A stretch of 56,782 nt of DNA from Proteobacteria bacterium UBA1858 (GTDB lineage Bacteria > Pseudomonadota > Gammaproteobacteria > UBA4575), in the NCBI GenBank assembly GCA_002338385.1, contig DDIE01000011.1:1-56782 (forward strand). The letters run 5' to 3'. Made by a program: the position numbers and the translations under genes. The notes beneath the pieces were generated by a model. That model was given only the letters and a program-made list of their open reading frames with translations. It did no database searches and had not been told where the DNA came from. Positions within the stretch are counted from its first letter, which is position 1. The number at the start of each line of letters is the position of its first letter. Of this stretch, positions 28,595 through 38,337 are shown one piece after another.

Positions 28595-29356
28595 TTACTG
28601 CAAGTTCTCTTGTGTGACTTCGATGGGCGAAGCTTCGATCAGCACACCAATCAGTGGATGATCAATATAATGCAGTTCACGACTTTTCATTTGGCGATAT
28701 AGATCGATCTGATAATCCTGCAATTGCTCCTCAACATAGCTGCCTTGCGCTGTTGTCGTCAGATGATAATCTTTTGCACGATATACTAAGTTTGTGTAGA
28801 CATGAATATAACGCGTGATGGCGACCTTGATGGTACCCTCAAGTTCATTTAGCTGGGCCTGTGAGACCGGCTCCAATAGATCACCCAACACAGCAGATAA
28901 GCGTGAATTTTGCATCGCTTCAGCCGGTAACCGTTCAGGATGTTCCGCGCTCAGATCACGACCGCCGTTAATGCGCACAGCAAGTGTATTATTTTTATCC
29001 ACCATCGGCTGTATCCATGCCAGATGTTGGAGGACTCTATACTTGCTTGAGCGCTCAAGCAGTTTGGCTTGCTCTTTGAGGATGAATTCAGCTTCAGGCA
29101 CAGCACGCCAAAGTTCAGTTGTTTGACTGGATGTACTCAATGTGAGCGGACTACTAGGGAACTGGTTATTAATAATCAGCCCGGAGTCTGGCGAGATAAT
29201 TTGCTGGTTATCAGGAAACTGTTCTTGCGTTTGAGCTAAGCCATCAAGGTGCGTAAATATGATCACTTCAATAGCATACTCGCGCGCCTGCAGGGATGCC
29301 CCACATAGCATGGCTAAACAGAGCGTCATGACATTGAAAGACTTTATTGTATTCAC
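28595..29356 (-). CDS. csiV: CsiV-family periplasmic peptidoglycan-binding protein (DUF2803)
   Basis: 253 aa with a signal peptide followed by YAIEVIIFTH. Sits immediately downstream of mfd, as in Vibrio and Pseudomonas. Family call is from memory of the motif and the synteny. Confidence 0.6.
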   Translation of the reverse strand: MNTIKSFNVMTLCLAMLCGASLQAREYAIEVIIFTHLDGLAQTQEQFPDNQQIISPDSGLIINNQFPSSPLTLSTSSQTTELWRAVPEAEFILKEQAKLLERSSKYRVLQHLAWIQPMVDKNNTLAVRINGGRDLSAEHPERLPAEAMQNSRLSAVLGDLLEPVSQAQLNELEGTIKVAITRYIHVYTNLVYRAKDYHLTTTAQGSYVEEQLQDYQIDLYRQMKSRELHYIDHPLIGVLIEASPIEVTQENLQ

Positions 29357-29371
29357 AGAATACTCAAATGG

Positions 29372-32300
29372 TTAAGGTTTGTTGGCAATCGTATTAATAA
29401 TATTCTTAAGGTATTCGCTGCGCTGGGCAAGCTCTGGTAAATGTACATTAAAACCGAGCTTTTCGCTGCCATTCATTTTAAAGACTGTGGATTCTAGTTG
29501 TATCATGGTCAGCAAGCGATCGACATTAATTTTTGGATCAGAACCAAATATAATGCGTCCACCCTCTTCGTGGGCCTCTAATTTAATAATGCCCAGACCT
29601 TTGGCAAAAAGTTTCAATTCGGTACTCATAATAAGATTCTTGGTCGCTTCAGGTAACAGGCCAAAGCGATCTATGAGTTCGGTTTGAATGTTCTGTAATT
29701 CGGCATGATCCTGCGCGCTGGCAATACGCTTATAAAGTACCAGACGCATATGCACATCAGGCACATAATCCTCCGGTAAAATCGCAGGCACGCCCAAGTC
29801 TACTTCACAGCCATGATCTAAGGGGCGATCTAACTCGGGCAGGTCGCCGGACTTGAGCGCTTGCACGGCACGAGTGAGCAAGTCGTTATACATGGCATAA
29901 CCCACTTCATGTATTTGTCCGCTCTGACCTTCGCCCAACAACTCGCCGGCACCGCGTATCTCTAAGTCATGGGTTGCCAGGGTAAAGCCAACCCCGAGTT
30001 CTTCGAGTGATTCGATGGCATGCAGGCGTTTGACTGCATCTGCAGTCATTAATTTTTTAGGTGGTGTGATGAGGTAGGCATAAGCACGATGATGGGAACG
30101 ACCTACGCGACCACGTAACTGATGCAGTTGAGATAAACCCAGCCGATCAGCGCGGTTGATGATAATGGTATTAGCTGTTGGGATATCGATACCGCTCTCA
30201 ATAATAGTGGTTGCTACCAGGATGCTAAAACGTCCATGATAGAAGTCTATCATGACCTGCTCAAGCTCACGCTCAGACATTTGGCCATGGGCAAAGCGGA
30301 TTGAAGCATTAGGCATCAAGCGTTGCAAATCGTCACTGACTTTAGCAATACTTTTTACTTCGTTATGCATGAAATAAACTTGCCCGCCACGTTTGATTTC
30401 ACGTGTGCATGCCTCTTTGATACTGGCATCGTTCCATTCAGCAACAAAAGTCTTGATGGCATGACGATGGTTAGGCGGTGTAGCAATTATTGATAAATCG
30501 CGGAGACCGCTTAACGACATATTCAATGTGCGTGGTATCGGTGTTGCCGTGAGCGTCAGAATATCTGCTTCGGTGCGTAAGGATTTTAACTTTTCCTTGT
30601 GGCGTACACCAAAGCGTTGTTCTTCATCAATAACAATAAGTCCTAGATTTTTATATTGGATATCCTGGCTGAGTAACTTATGGGTACCAATCACAATATC
30701 TATAGTGCCATTTGCTAACTTTTGAACGATTTCTTTTTGCTTTTTAGCGCTGTTAAAACGTGATATGGATTGAATTTGGATTGGCCATTCCGCAAATCTA
30801 TCGCTGAACGTTTGGTAATGCTGTTGTGCCAATAGGGTAGTGGGCACCAGCACACACACTTGCTTGTTATTACTGACGCCGATAAAAGCAGCCCGCATGG
30901 CTACTTCGGTTTTACCAAAACCAACGTCACCACAGACTACTCGATCCATCGGTTTGTCAGCATGCATATCGGCTAACACATCATCAATCGCTTTTTCTTG
31001 ATCAGGTGTTTCCTCAAATGGGAAACTGTTGGCAAAGGCTGCATATTCTGTCATTTCGGTATCAAAGCTATAGCCATACTTGGCTTCCCGACGGGCATAT
31101 ACATCAAGCAGTTCTGCGGCGACATCACGTGCACGCTGGGCAGCCTTCTGTTTGATTTTAGACCAACTGTCTGAGCCTAATTTATGCCAAGGTGCACTCT
31201 CGGAATCGGCACCTGTATAGCGACTGATAAGATGTAAATTAGCAACTGGCACGTAAAGTTTGTCGCCACCAAAGTATTCTAGGGTGACAAACTCGGTGTC
31301 AATAGATTGAACATTGAGTGCTTGCAGGCCCAGATAACGACCTACGCCATGATCCTCGTGCACGACCGGTGAACCTAAGGTGAGATCATTTAGGTTGCGG
31401 ACCACAGCATCAGCATCACGTGTCTTCTTGCGTCGCGATGCTTGGCGTGTGCGTGTGCCAAAAAGTTGACGCTCGGCTATCAGGGTTACGTCATGATTGG
31501 TCAGATGAACTGAATCATCTATTGGAGCAACCAGTAAATTAAGAGTGTCTTCGCTGCTCACGAAGTCTCTCCAACTAGACACAACCTTGGGAGTGATATC
31601 CAATGCCCGAAGGGTATCGCGAATATGTTCACGTCGGCCCAATGATTCTGCCGCAAACATGATTTTGCTATTGCGACGTTGAATGAATGCACGTAAATGT
31701 TGCGCGGGGTCTTCTAAGCGTCCGTCGATGTTAATTGCAGGCAGCGAGGAACAAGGGTAGTTTAAGACATTATCATTACTGTCATCAGCCAACTTATGAC
31801 TACTGATTTGGGCTGTCTGATAAGTCGCTAGGTTGAGTTGTATGTCATCACTGGAGAGGTATATGTCATGTGGCTTCAATAACGGTCTTTCAATATCGTA
31901 TCTGCGTTGTTCATACCGATTAACGAGCTCGAGCTCGAACTGCTCTGCCATCTCAAGTGCGTTCTCGTACAAGATGAACAGAGTATTAGCAGGTAAATAA
32001 TCAAAAATAGTACAGGTGCTATCAAAAAATAGCGGCAGATAATATTCTATTCCAGGCGGAAAATTGCCATTGCTGACTTCTTTATAAATGATGCTTTTAT
32101 TCGGATCGCCCTCAATTTTTTCACGATAACGACGGCGAAATCCTTTAATCGCATCATCATCACTGGGAAACTCATGCGCCGGCAGCAAACTGACTTGGGT
32201 AAGCTTTTCTATCGAGGTTTGTTTTTCGATATCAAAGCTGCGGATGGTTTCAATTTCATCATCAAAAAATTCCAATCGAAAGGGGTGATCAGAACCCATC

Positions 32301-32815
32301 GGAAAGAAGTCAACAATTGAGCCACGCAATGTGAATTCACCCCGTGTAGTGACTTGGGAAACATGGTGATAACCCGCTGAAAATAATAAGCTGCGAATCT
32401 TTTCCAGACTGAACATATCACCTATGTTGAGTTCCAAGGCCACAGCATGAATGAATTCTTTAGGTGGAATTCTTTGCATGCAGTTGCTCACAGGCAGAAT
32501 CAAACAGCCTTGTTTGAGCGTCGGCAGTGCGTGCAGAGTAGAGATTCGGTCGGAGATAATATCCTCATGCGGTGAGAAGATATCGTAGGGCAGTGTTTCC
32601 CATTCAGGGAAGCTAAAAAAGTCAGCTGCCGAGTCGTGAAAGAATTGGCTTTCATGAAGGACAGTCGCTGCTGAGGTGGAGTCAGGTGTTAACACGACAA
32701 CTAAACCCTCATGCTTAGCTATTGCATCACTAATAATGATACTGCGAGCGCAGCCGTAGAGTTGTGCCCAGTGCTGACGTCCGTGTTCAGGGAGTGATGC
32801 TTTTAAGTAATTCAT
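29372..32815 (-). CDS. mfd: Transcription-repair coupling factor
   Basis: 1147 aa with UvrB-homology, CarD/RID, superfamily-2 helicase (GDVGFGKTEVAMRAAF, DEEQRFG) and TRG motifs. Confidence 0.97.
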   Translation of the reverse strand: MNYLKASLPEHGRQHWAQLYGCARSIIISDAIAKHEGLVVVLTPDSTSAATVLHESQFFHDSAADFFSFPEWETLPYDIFSPHEDIISDRISTLHALPTLKQGCLILPVSNCMQRIPPKEFIHAVALELNIGDMFSLEKIRSLLFSAGYHHVSQVTTRGEFTLRGSIVDFFPMGSDHPFRLEFFDDEIETIRSFDIEKQTSIEKLTQVSLLPAHEFPSDDDAIKGFRRRYREKIEGDPNKSIIYKEVSNGNFPPGIEYYLPLFFDSTCTIFDYLPANTLFILYENALEMAEQFELELVNRYEQRRYDIERPLLKPHDIYLSSDDIQLNLATYQTAQISSHKLADDSNDNVLNYPCSSLPAINIDGRLEDPAQHLRAFIQRRNSKIMFAAESLGRREHIRDTLRALDITPKVVSSWRDFVSSEDTLNLLVAPIDDSVHLTNHDVTLIAERQLFGTRTRQASRRKKTRDADAVVRNLNDLTLGSPVVHEDHGVGRYLGLQALNVQSIDTEFVTLEYFGGDKLYVPVANLHLISRYTGADSESAPWHKLGSDSWSKIKQKAAQRARDVAAELLDVYARREAKYGYSFDTEMTEYAAFANSFPFEETPDQEKAIDDVLADMHADKPMDRVVCGDVGFGKTEVAMRAAFIGVSNNKQVCVLVPTTLLAQQHYQTFSDRFAEWPIQIQSISRFNSAKKQKEIVQKLANGTIDIVIGTHKLLSQDIQYKNLGLIVIDEEQRFGVRHKEKLKSLRTEADILTLTATPIPRTLNMSLSGLRDLSIIATPPNHRHAIKTFVAEWNDASIKEACTREIKRGGQVYFMHNEVKSIAKVSDDLQRLMPNASIRFAHGQMSERELEQVMIDFYHGRFSILVATTIIESGIDIPTANTIIINRADRLGLSQLHQLRGRVGRSHHRAYAYLITPPKKLMTADAVKRLHAIESLEELGVGFTLATHDLEIRGAGELLGEGQSGQIHEVGYAMYNDLLTRAVQALKSGDLPELDRPLDHGCEVDLGVPAILPEDYVPDVHMRLVLYKRIASAQDHAELQNIQTELIDRFGLLPEATKNLIMSTELKLFAKGLGIIKLEAHEEGGRIIFGSDPKINVDRLLTMIQLESTVFKMNGSEKLGFNVHLPELAQRSEYLKNIINTIANKP

Positions 32816-32860
32816 TAGGGTTTAAAACAACAAGCTAAATACCGAGCAACCGTGTAAGAC

Positions 32861-32893
32861 AAAAAAAAGCGGAGCTGGTAGGCTCCGCTTTTG
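32861..32893 (-). terminator. Intrinsic terminator after fccB (A8/T4-flanked, potentially bidirectional)
   Basis: AAAAAAAA-GCGGAGC-TGGTAG-GCTCCGC-TTTTG. Read on the minus strand, an 8-bp stem is followed by T8, 23 nt after the fccB stop. It separates the fcc genes from the mfd promoter region. Confidence 0.8.
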
Positions 32894-32915
32894 ATAATAC
32901 CTGATGACGTTACTA

Positions 32916-34199
32916 TTAAGTAAACATATCTGCCACGATGTTATCGTACCAACTGTATGCGTACAGAACTTCGCGTTGGAGGGCATCTGGACTAGCATCT
33001 CCAGGTGTCAGACCACCGGCAATTTTAGCAATCTTGGAGCGATCTTCTGCCAGTCTGTAAACAGCCGCAACTGAAATCCCGTAGTCAGGTGCAACAAGAC
33101 TATAGCAAGTGTTGACATAAGAAGGATCGGCCATCTCAATCTCATTCAAGGAGGCCACTACTGCAGCCGCACATACTTTTGCTTGTGAGTTTGCGGCATA
33201 ACCTGATTTGGGCATGCCGGTAGCCATACTGGCATCACCGATCACGTACATACCGGGATGGATAGTTGATTCAAAGGTACCCAGATCCACCGGACACCAG
33301 CCTGAATCGTCTGTTAGACCAGCGATTTCGGCGATCGCGCCAGCTTTTTGTGGTGGAATAATGTTAACCACATCCGCTTGGTAGTCATCAAAGTCAGTGG
33401 ATACCGTCATGCTGGCCGCATCGATAGAGGTAATACCGCCACCTGTATCCGCTGCTGGCACCCATTCGACCATTCCGTCGTAGCGTGCTTTCCAACCTTG
33501 CGTGAATAGTCCTTGTTTAGAAAATTTATCTTTAGCATCGATGATCAGGACTTTAGATTTAGGCTTATTATGCTTTAGATAGTGCGCCACCTGACAGGCA
33601 CGCTCATATGGCCCTGGTGGGCATCTGTATGGGTTGCCTGGAGGCGCAATCACAACTAGACCACCATCGTCCATAGCTTCCAACTGCTTACGTAGCAGGG
33701 CAGTCTGGTGACCAGCTTTCCACGCATGGGGCATAACTTCGGCGGCAGCTTCGTCATAGCCTTCAATAGTATTGTATTTAAGGCTTACCCCAGGTGAGAC
33801 GATTAGACGATCAAAACTGAAACTGTCGCCTGAAGCGGTCATTACTGTCTTTTTGTCAGCATCTATCGCGGTAGCCATACTGTGGACGATATTAATGCCG
33901 TATTTCTTGAGTCCATCATAGGGATGTTTGATGGTTGTAATTTTACGATCACCGCCGATCACTTCGTTGCTCATGAAGCAGGTGTAATGTTCTTTATTAG
34001 TCTCGATCAGAGTGACATCGATAGAGCTGTCTGACTGACGGATATACTTAGCCGCAATGGTCCCACCTGCGCCACCACCGATAACCACGACTTTCTTAGT
34101 CGCGCCGATAGCAAGCTGTGGTATCGCTAAGCCAGCACTGCCCGCGACCAGTGAACCACTACCAAGTTTGATAAAATCTCTACGATTGATACTTTTCAT
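32916..34199 (-). CDS. fccB: Flavocytochrome c sulfide dehydrogenase, FAD-binding subunit (Tat-exported)
   Basis: 427 aa with twin-arginine signal [13 protein letters not shown], dinucleotide fold [10 protein letters not shown], and FCSD/SoxF-like sequence throughout. Confidence 0.9.
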   Translation of the reverse strand: MKSINRRDFIKLGSGSLVAGSAGLAIPQLAIGATKKVVVIGGGAGGTIAAKYIRQSDSSIDVTLIETNKEHYTCFMSNEVIGGDRKITTIKHPYDGLKKYGINIVHSMATAIDADKKTVMTASGDSFSFDRLIVSPGVSLKYNTIEGYDEAAAEVMPHAWKAGHQTALLRKQLEAMDDGGLVVIAPPGNPYRCPPGPYERACQVAHYLKHNKPKSKVLIIDAKDKFSKQGLFTQGWKARYDGMVEWVPAADTGGGITSIDAASMTVSTDFDDYQADVVNIIPPQKAGAIAEIAGLTDDSGWCPVDLGTFESTIHPGMYVIGDASMATGMPKSGYAANSQAKVCAAAVVASLNEIEMADPSYVNTCYSLVAPDYGISVAAVYRLAEDRSKIAKIAGGLTPGDASPDALQREVLYAYSWYDNIVADMFT

Positions 34200-34211
34200 G
34201 CTGCGGCTCCT

Positions 34212-34865
34212 TTAGTCTTGAATGCTTGCGTAATAGTGAGCTAGTTGCTCGAAGCCTGTCAGACCGACCGTTTCATTGATCTTATCCAGTGTCTTCTTCA
34301 TCTTTTTAGGCATGCCGCGTTCACCATCATTGAAATCGTGCATGGAGTATAAGAAGTAGGGTTGCCATTGTCCGGCCAGTACTCCCGTATCGTCTTCGGC
34401 CGAGCGACCCTCGTTTTCATGGCACTTTTCACAGTGCATTTTATGTAATTTTTTACCTTCTTTGGCCATTGCTACATCGACGACTTGAGCGGGACGAACA
34501 ACTTCTTGGCTACTAAAGTACTCCGCCATTAATTTAATTTCTTCTTCTGTGTAGCCTTTTGCTAGACGGCCCATGATGGTTGAATAGCGAGTGAAAACTT
34601 CGACGTCTTCGAAATCAATATCAGCATCAATGACCGCTTCTAATTCGTCTTCGTCATCATACTTATAAGCGAGCATAGCGCCCATGAAATAGATCGGTGA
34701 CAAGCCGGCAATACTCGGTATTGCTGGCCCAGTGCTATTACCCTCACTCCCGTGACAGGCGACGCACGTACTGGTTAACATGGTGACTTGACCGTCTTGT
34801 GCGAGACAGACTTGGCTAAGCGTGATGCAAAGCAGCATGCCAGCTGCGATTCTCTTTATGATCAT
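34212..34865 (-). CDS. fccA: Flavocytochrome c dihaem cytochrome subunit
   Basis: 217 aa with a Sec signal and two CxxCH motifs (CVACH, CEKCH). Lies 12 nt upstream of fccB. Confidence 0.85.
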   Translation of the reverse strand: MIIKRIAAGMLLCITLSQVCLAQDGQVTMLTSTCVACHGSEGNSTGPAIPSIAGLSPIYFMGAMLAYKYDDEDELEAVIDADIDFEDVEVFTRYSTIMGRLAKGYTEEEIKLMAEYFSSQEVVRPAQVVDVAMAKEGKKLHKMHCEKCHENEGRSAEDDTGVLAGQWQPYFLYSMHDFNDGERGMPKKMKKTLDKINETVGLTGFEQLAHYYASIQD

Positions 34866-34954
34866 TGTGTAGACTCCCTGGTTGAGCGTGGTATCTGATA
34901 GTGTATACCTTTGGTAAGAATTTTTTTATGTTTTATGGTGGTTATTAAGGGTAT

Positions 34955-35506
34955 TTATGCTTCATCGGGTTCCATGGGCTCCTCGTGAGCTATGCCTTTG
35001 TGACATTCTATGCAGGTAATCCCTTGTGCTTCAGCTCTTTTATGCTTTTTACGTGAAGTTCTTTCTTGTTCTGTGAGATCCATGGAGTCAAATGCATGGC
35101 AAGAGCGACATTCGCGTGAGTCGGTCTTCTCCATGTGCGACCAGACACGATTAGCCATTGTCCAACGGTGGTCCTCGAACTTCTCTTCTGTGTCGATGGT
35201 TCCTATTATCTCACCCCAGACATCTTTAGCAGCCATAACTTTGGCATATAACTTAGGACCAAGTGAGTGCGGGACGTGACAGTCAGGGCAGCCTGCGCGT
35301 ACGCCGGATGCATTTTTATAATGGACCGACTCCATCCATTCTTCTTCAACGTACTGCATGGAGTGACAGGATGTGCAGAATTCAACCGTATTGGTGGCTT
35401 CTAAAGCGCTGGAGGAGCCCAGTGTGAAAACCACACCGGCGATGACAGCCCCAATGAAAGTTATCAAGTAAACAACGTTGAATTTACGATTAGATTGATC
35501 TGACAT
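34955..35506 (-). CDS. NapC/NirT-family membrane-anchored tetrahaem cytochrome c (quinol dehydrogenase type)
   Basis: 183 aa with an N-terminal TM anchor and four CxxCH motifs (CTSCH, CPDCH, CRSCH, CIECH). Spacing is typical of NapC/NirT/CymA. Confidence 0.88.
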   Translation of the reverse strand: MSDQSNRKFNVVYLITFIGAVIAGVVFTLGSSSALEATNTVEFCTSCHSMQYVEEEWMESVHYKNASGVRAGCPDCHVPHSLGPKLYAKVMAAKDVWGEIIGTIDTEEKFEDHRWTMANRVWSHMEKTDSRECRSCHAFDSMDLTEQERTSRKKHKRAEAQGITCIECHKGIAHEEPMEPDEA

Positions 35507-35628
35507 GAACTTTATTGGGTGCTAGTATTCTGAAGTCGACATTTTAAGAAATTACGCGTGACACCACAATCCTGATTGACACGTGAGCTGAAAATTTCTT
35601 CCATATTGCACATTTACAGTCCAAAAAC

Positions 35629-36276
35629 GTGACAATTAAACCGAACAATACATCCATACATTGCCTGGCAGCACAAAATTTATCTTGTGAGCGTGGTCGC
35701 AGGGAACTATTTTCTGACGTGGCATTCAGTCTGAACAGCGGCCAATCATTGATTGTAACAGGTGAGAATGGCAGTGGTAAGACAAGCTTGCTGAAAATAC
35801 TGACAGGTTTGAGTCTCGCCGCTGAAGGCGCAGTGCTGTGGGATCAGCAGGATATTCATCATCAAGCTCAAAGTTACCAACAGCAATTACTCTACATCGG
35901 TCATCGGGCTGCAGTGAAAACTGAATTGACGGTGAGAGAGAATCTCCAATTACTACTCAAACTATGGCCCAACGAGTTGGCGATGAGCATCCCAGAATTA
36001 GCAGCCTGTGTAGGCTTACGCAAACGATTAAGCGTTCAATGTGGGCGCTTGTCCGCTGGCCAACAGCGCCGTGTGGCGCTGGCACGTCTGTTTGTAGCTC
36101 AACAAAAGCTGTGGATACTCGATGAGCCGCTGACTGCATTAGATGTTGAGTTTATCGAAGCAATCGAGCAGCAGCTTGGCAGGCACTTAGACAATCAGGG
36201 CCTGTTAGTATTGACTACGCACAGAGGTATCGAGATTGATCCAGCCAAATTAATCAAATTAGAACTGAGCCGGTAA
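35629..36276 (+). CDS. ccmA: Cytochrome c biogenesis ATP-binding export protein CcmA
   Basis: 215 aa, GTG start. Walker A GENGSGKTS, signature LSAGQQRR, Walker B LWILDEP. First gene of the ccm operon. Confidence 0.92.
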   Translation: MTIKPNNTSIHCLAAQNLSCERGRRELFSDVAFSLNSGQSLIVTGENGSGKTSLLKILTGLSLAAEGAVLWDQQDIHHQAQSYQQQLLYIGHRAAVKTELTVRENLQLLLKLWPNELAMSIPELAACVGLRKRLSVQCGRLSAGQQRRVALARLFVAQQKLWILDEPLTALDVEFIEAIEQQLGRHLDNQGLLVLTTHRGIEIDPAKLIKLELSR

Positions 36277-36280
36277 CTGG

Positions 36281-36946
36281 ATGAATATATTTCTGGCTGT
36301 ATTACAACGTGATCTGAAGCTGGCACTGCGCCGCCGCCGAGAAGTAGCCAACCCGCTAGTGTTTTTCATAATTGTGGTTAGTTTGTTCCCTCTAGGAGTC
36401 AGCCCAGATCGTGAATTACTGTCTGAGATTGCGCCGGGAGTGATCTGGGTCACTGCGTTATTGGCAAGTTTGATGTCTATGGATGCGATATTCCGATCAG
36501 ATTATGATGACGGTTCACTTGAACAACTCCTGTTATTACCCGGTTCAAAAGTATTACTGGTGCTGGCTAAGGTCACAGCGCACTGGATCAGCATTGGATT
36601 ACCACTCATCATAATCGCGCCCGTGATGGCGTTGTTACTGTATTTCCCTGCACATGCAATAGTCAGTTTGATGGTCACCTTACTCATCAGCACGCCCATA
36701 CTTAGCTTACTCGGTGCCGTAGGTGTGGCACTGACCTTGAGTTTACGCACTGGCGGCATACTATCTTCTTTGCTGATCTTGCCCTTTTATATTCCGGTAC
36801 TCATTTTTTCCACCATGGCCATAAGTGCCGCAACCAGTAATCTACCTGTTATGGGGTATTATGCTTTGCTAGGGGCGTTCCTTATAATGTCTCTAATATT
36901 GGTACCGTTTGCCGTGGTGGCGGCACTCAAGGTATCGCACAACTAA
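36281..36946 (+). CDS. ccmB: Haem exporter protein CcmB
   Basis: 221-aa, 6-TM protein at the expected operon position. Confidence 0.93.
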   Translation: MNIFLAVLQRDLKLALRRRREVANPLVFFIIVVSLFPLGVSPDRELLSEIAPGVIWVTALLASLMSMDAIFRSDYDDGSLEQLLLLPGSKVLLVLAKVTAHWISIGLPLIIIAPVMALLLYFPAHAIVSLMVTLLISTPILSLLGAVGVALTLSLRTGGILSSLLILPFYIPVLIFSTMAISAATSNLPVMGYYALLGAFLIMSLILVPFAVVAALKVSHN

Positions 36947-36971
36947 TTCTATTTTCCCTTGTCCGAGTAGC

Positions 36972-37706
36972 ATGATGCACTTCATACATAAATACGGATC
37001 ACCCAATTACTTTTACCAGTGGTCGGGCACATGGTTGAAAATTTTGTCAGCCTTGACCTTGATCCTGATGGCCTTAGGCCTCTATTGGGCACTGATCATC
37101 TCGCCGCCAGATTATCAGCAGAGTGAGACGGTGCGAATAATGTATATACATGTGCCCTCTGCCTGGATGTCTATGTTTACCTACGTAGTGATGGCGAGCG
37201 CAGGCGTGGTGGCCATGATTTGGCGGATCAAGGTAGCAGAGATCGTAGTTGCCCAGAGTGCAATTATCGGCGCATCTTTTACCCTATTGGCGCTGGTCAC
37301 AGGCATGCTCTGGGGCAAGCCGATGTGGGGCGCTTATTGGGTCTGGGACGCACGTTTAACATCGGAACTGGTACTACTGTTCTTATATGTGGGCGTGCTG
37401 GCCATCTACAGTGCATACGAAGACCCCCGCACGGGTGCTAAAGCAGCCTCCATACTGGCGATTGTAGGCGTCATCAATATTCCCATTATTCACTACTCGG
37501 TTGAGTGGTGGAACACTCTGCATCAGGGACCGACAGTGACTAAGTTCGACTCTCCATCAGCACCGTTGTCGATGTTAACACCGTTATTCATCATGTTTTT
37601 TGCCTTCAAAACGTACTTTTTCGCTTTATTGTTTGCGCGTACTAGAAATGCCTTGCTCAGTCGCGAAAGACACACCTCATGGGTGCAAGAGATCCTGGAG
37701 AAATAG
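36972..37706 (+). CDS. ccmC: Haem exporter / haem lyase subunit CcmC
   Basis: Internal ATG 36972 (MMHFIHKYGSPNYFYQ...). WGxxWxWD tryptophan-rich motif (WGAYWVWDARL). 244 aa. Confidence 0.93.
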   Translation: MMHFIHKYGSPNYFYQWSGTWLKILSALTLILMALGLYWALIISPPDYQQSETVRIMYIHVPSAWMSMFTYVVMASAGVVAMIWRIKVAEIVVAQSAIIGASFTLLALVTGMLWGKPMWGAYWVWDARLTSELVLLFLYVGVLAIYSAYEDPRTGAKAASILAIVGVINIPIIHYSVEWWNTLHQGPTVTKFDSPSAPLSMLTPLFIMFFAFKTYFFALLFARTRNALLSRERHTSWVQEILEK

Positions 37707-37708
37707 TC

Positions 37709-37861
37709 GTGCAAGAGTTCTTTCACATGGATGGCTACGCATTTTATGTCTGGGGTTCGTATGCCATTGTCAGTGCAGTATTGTTGCTTAATGTCATTTC
37801 TATTCGCCTTCAACGGCGCAAAATTCTGCGTGAATTGGCGGAATTATCTGAGGAGGAGTAA
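37709..37861 (+). CDS. ccmD: Haem exporter protein CcmD
   Basis: GTG at 37709, 2 nt after the ccmC stop. VQEFFHMDGYAFYVWGSYA matches E. coli CcmD NEFFAMGGYAFFVW. 50 aa. The upstream part of the ORF-track entry overlaps ccmC. Confidence 0.8.
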   Translation: MQEFFHMDGYAFYVWGSYAIVSAVLLLNVISIRLQRRKILRELAELSEEE

Positions 37862-37867
37862 TCGCTT

Positions 37868-38326
37868 ATGACGCCGAAAAGAAAACAGCGCATGATATTC
37901 GTTATCGTGTTGGTGGTCGGTTTTGGTGCAGCAACAGCTTTGGCCTTATTTGCATTCCAGAGCAATCTTTTATATTTCTACAGCCCTTCACAAATTGAAG
38001 CCGGCGAAGTGGCCACAGATCAAATGTTCAGACTCGGTGGCTTAGTTGTTGAAGGGTCAGTTGCCCGCCATGCGGACGGGGTCACCACTTCTTTTGATCT
38101 GACTGATACAGCTGACAGTATCACGGTGAGTTATACAGGCTTACTGCCTGACCTGTTCAGAGAGGGACAAGGTATTGTTGCTCAGGGTAAAATCAACACA
38201 GATGGTGTATTTATCGCCCAAGAGGTACTAGCCAAGCATGACGAAAACTATATGCCTCCAGAGCTTGCTGAAGCACTGCAAGCAGCGGGTGGTTCGCATC
38301 CAGAGTCAATTCCAAAAACTCAGTAG
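37868..38326 (+). CDS. ccmE: Cytochrome c-type biogenesis haem chaperone CcmE
   Basis: 152 aa with a TM anchor, OB fold and the haem-binding His motif VLAKHDENYMPPE. Confidence 0.95.
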   Translation: MTPKRKQRMIFVIVLVVGFGAATALALFAFQSNLLYFYSPSQIEAGEVATDQMFRLGGLVVEGSVARHADGVTTSFDLTDTADSITVSYTGLLPDLFREGQGIVAQGKINTDGVFIAQEVLAKHDENYMPPELAEALQAAGGSHPESIPKTQ

Positions 38327-38337
38327 TGTGTAAATAA

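Noticed and set aside
36909-36971. N-terminal extensions of ccmC, and similar extensions for hpt at 27250, the MTAP-family gene at 27749, ccmH at 40780, sdhC at 16382, sdhD at 16831 and ycaR at 49752
   Set aside because: In each case the extension overlaps the preceding gene out of frame. The family-typical N-terminus begins at an internal ATG or GTG that gives a short or 4/8-nt overlap junction.
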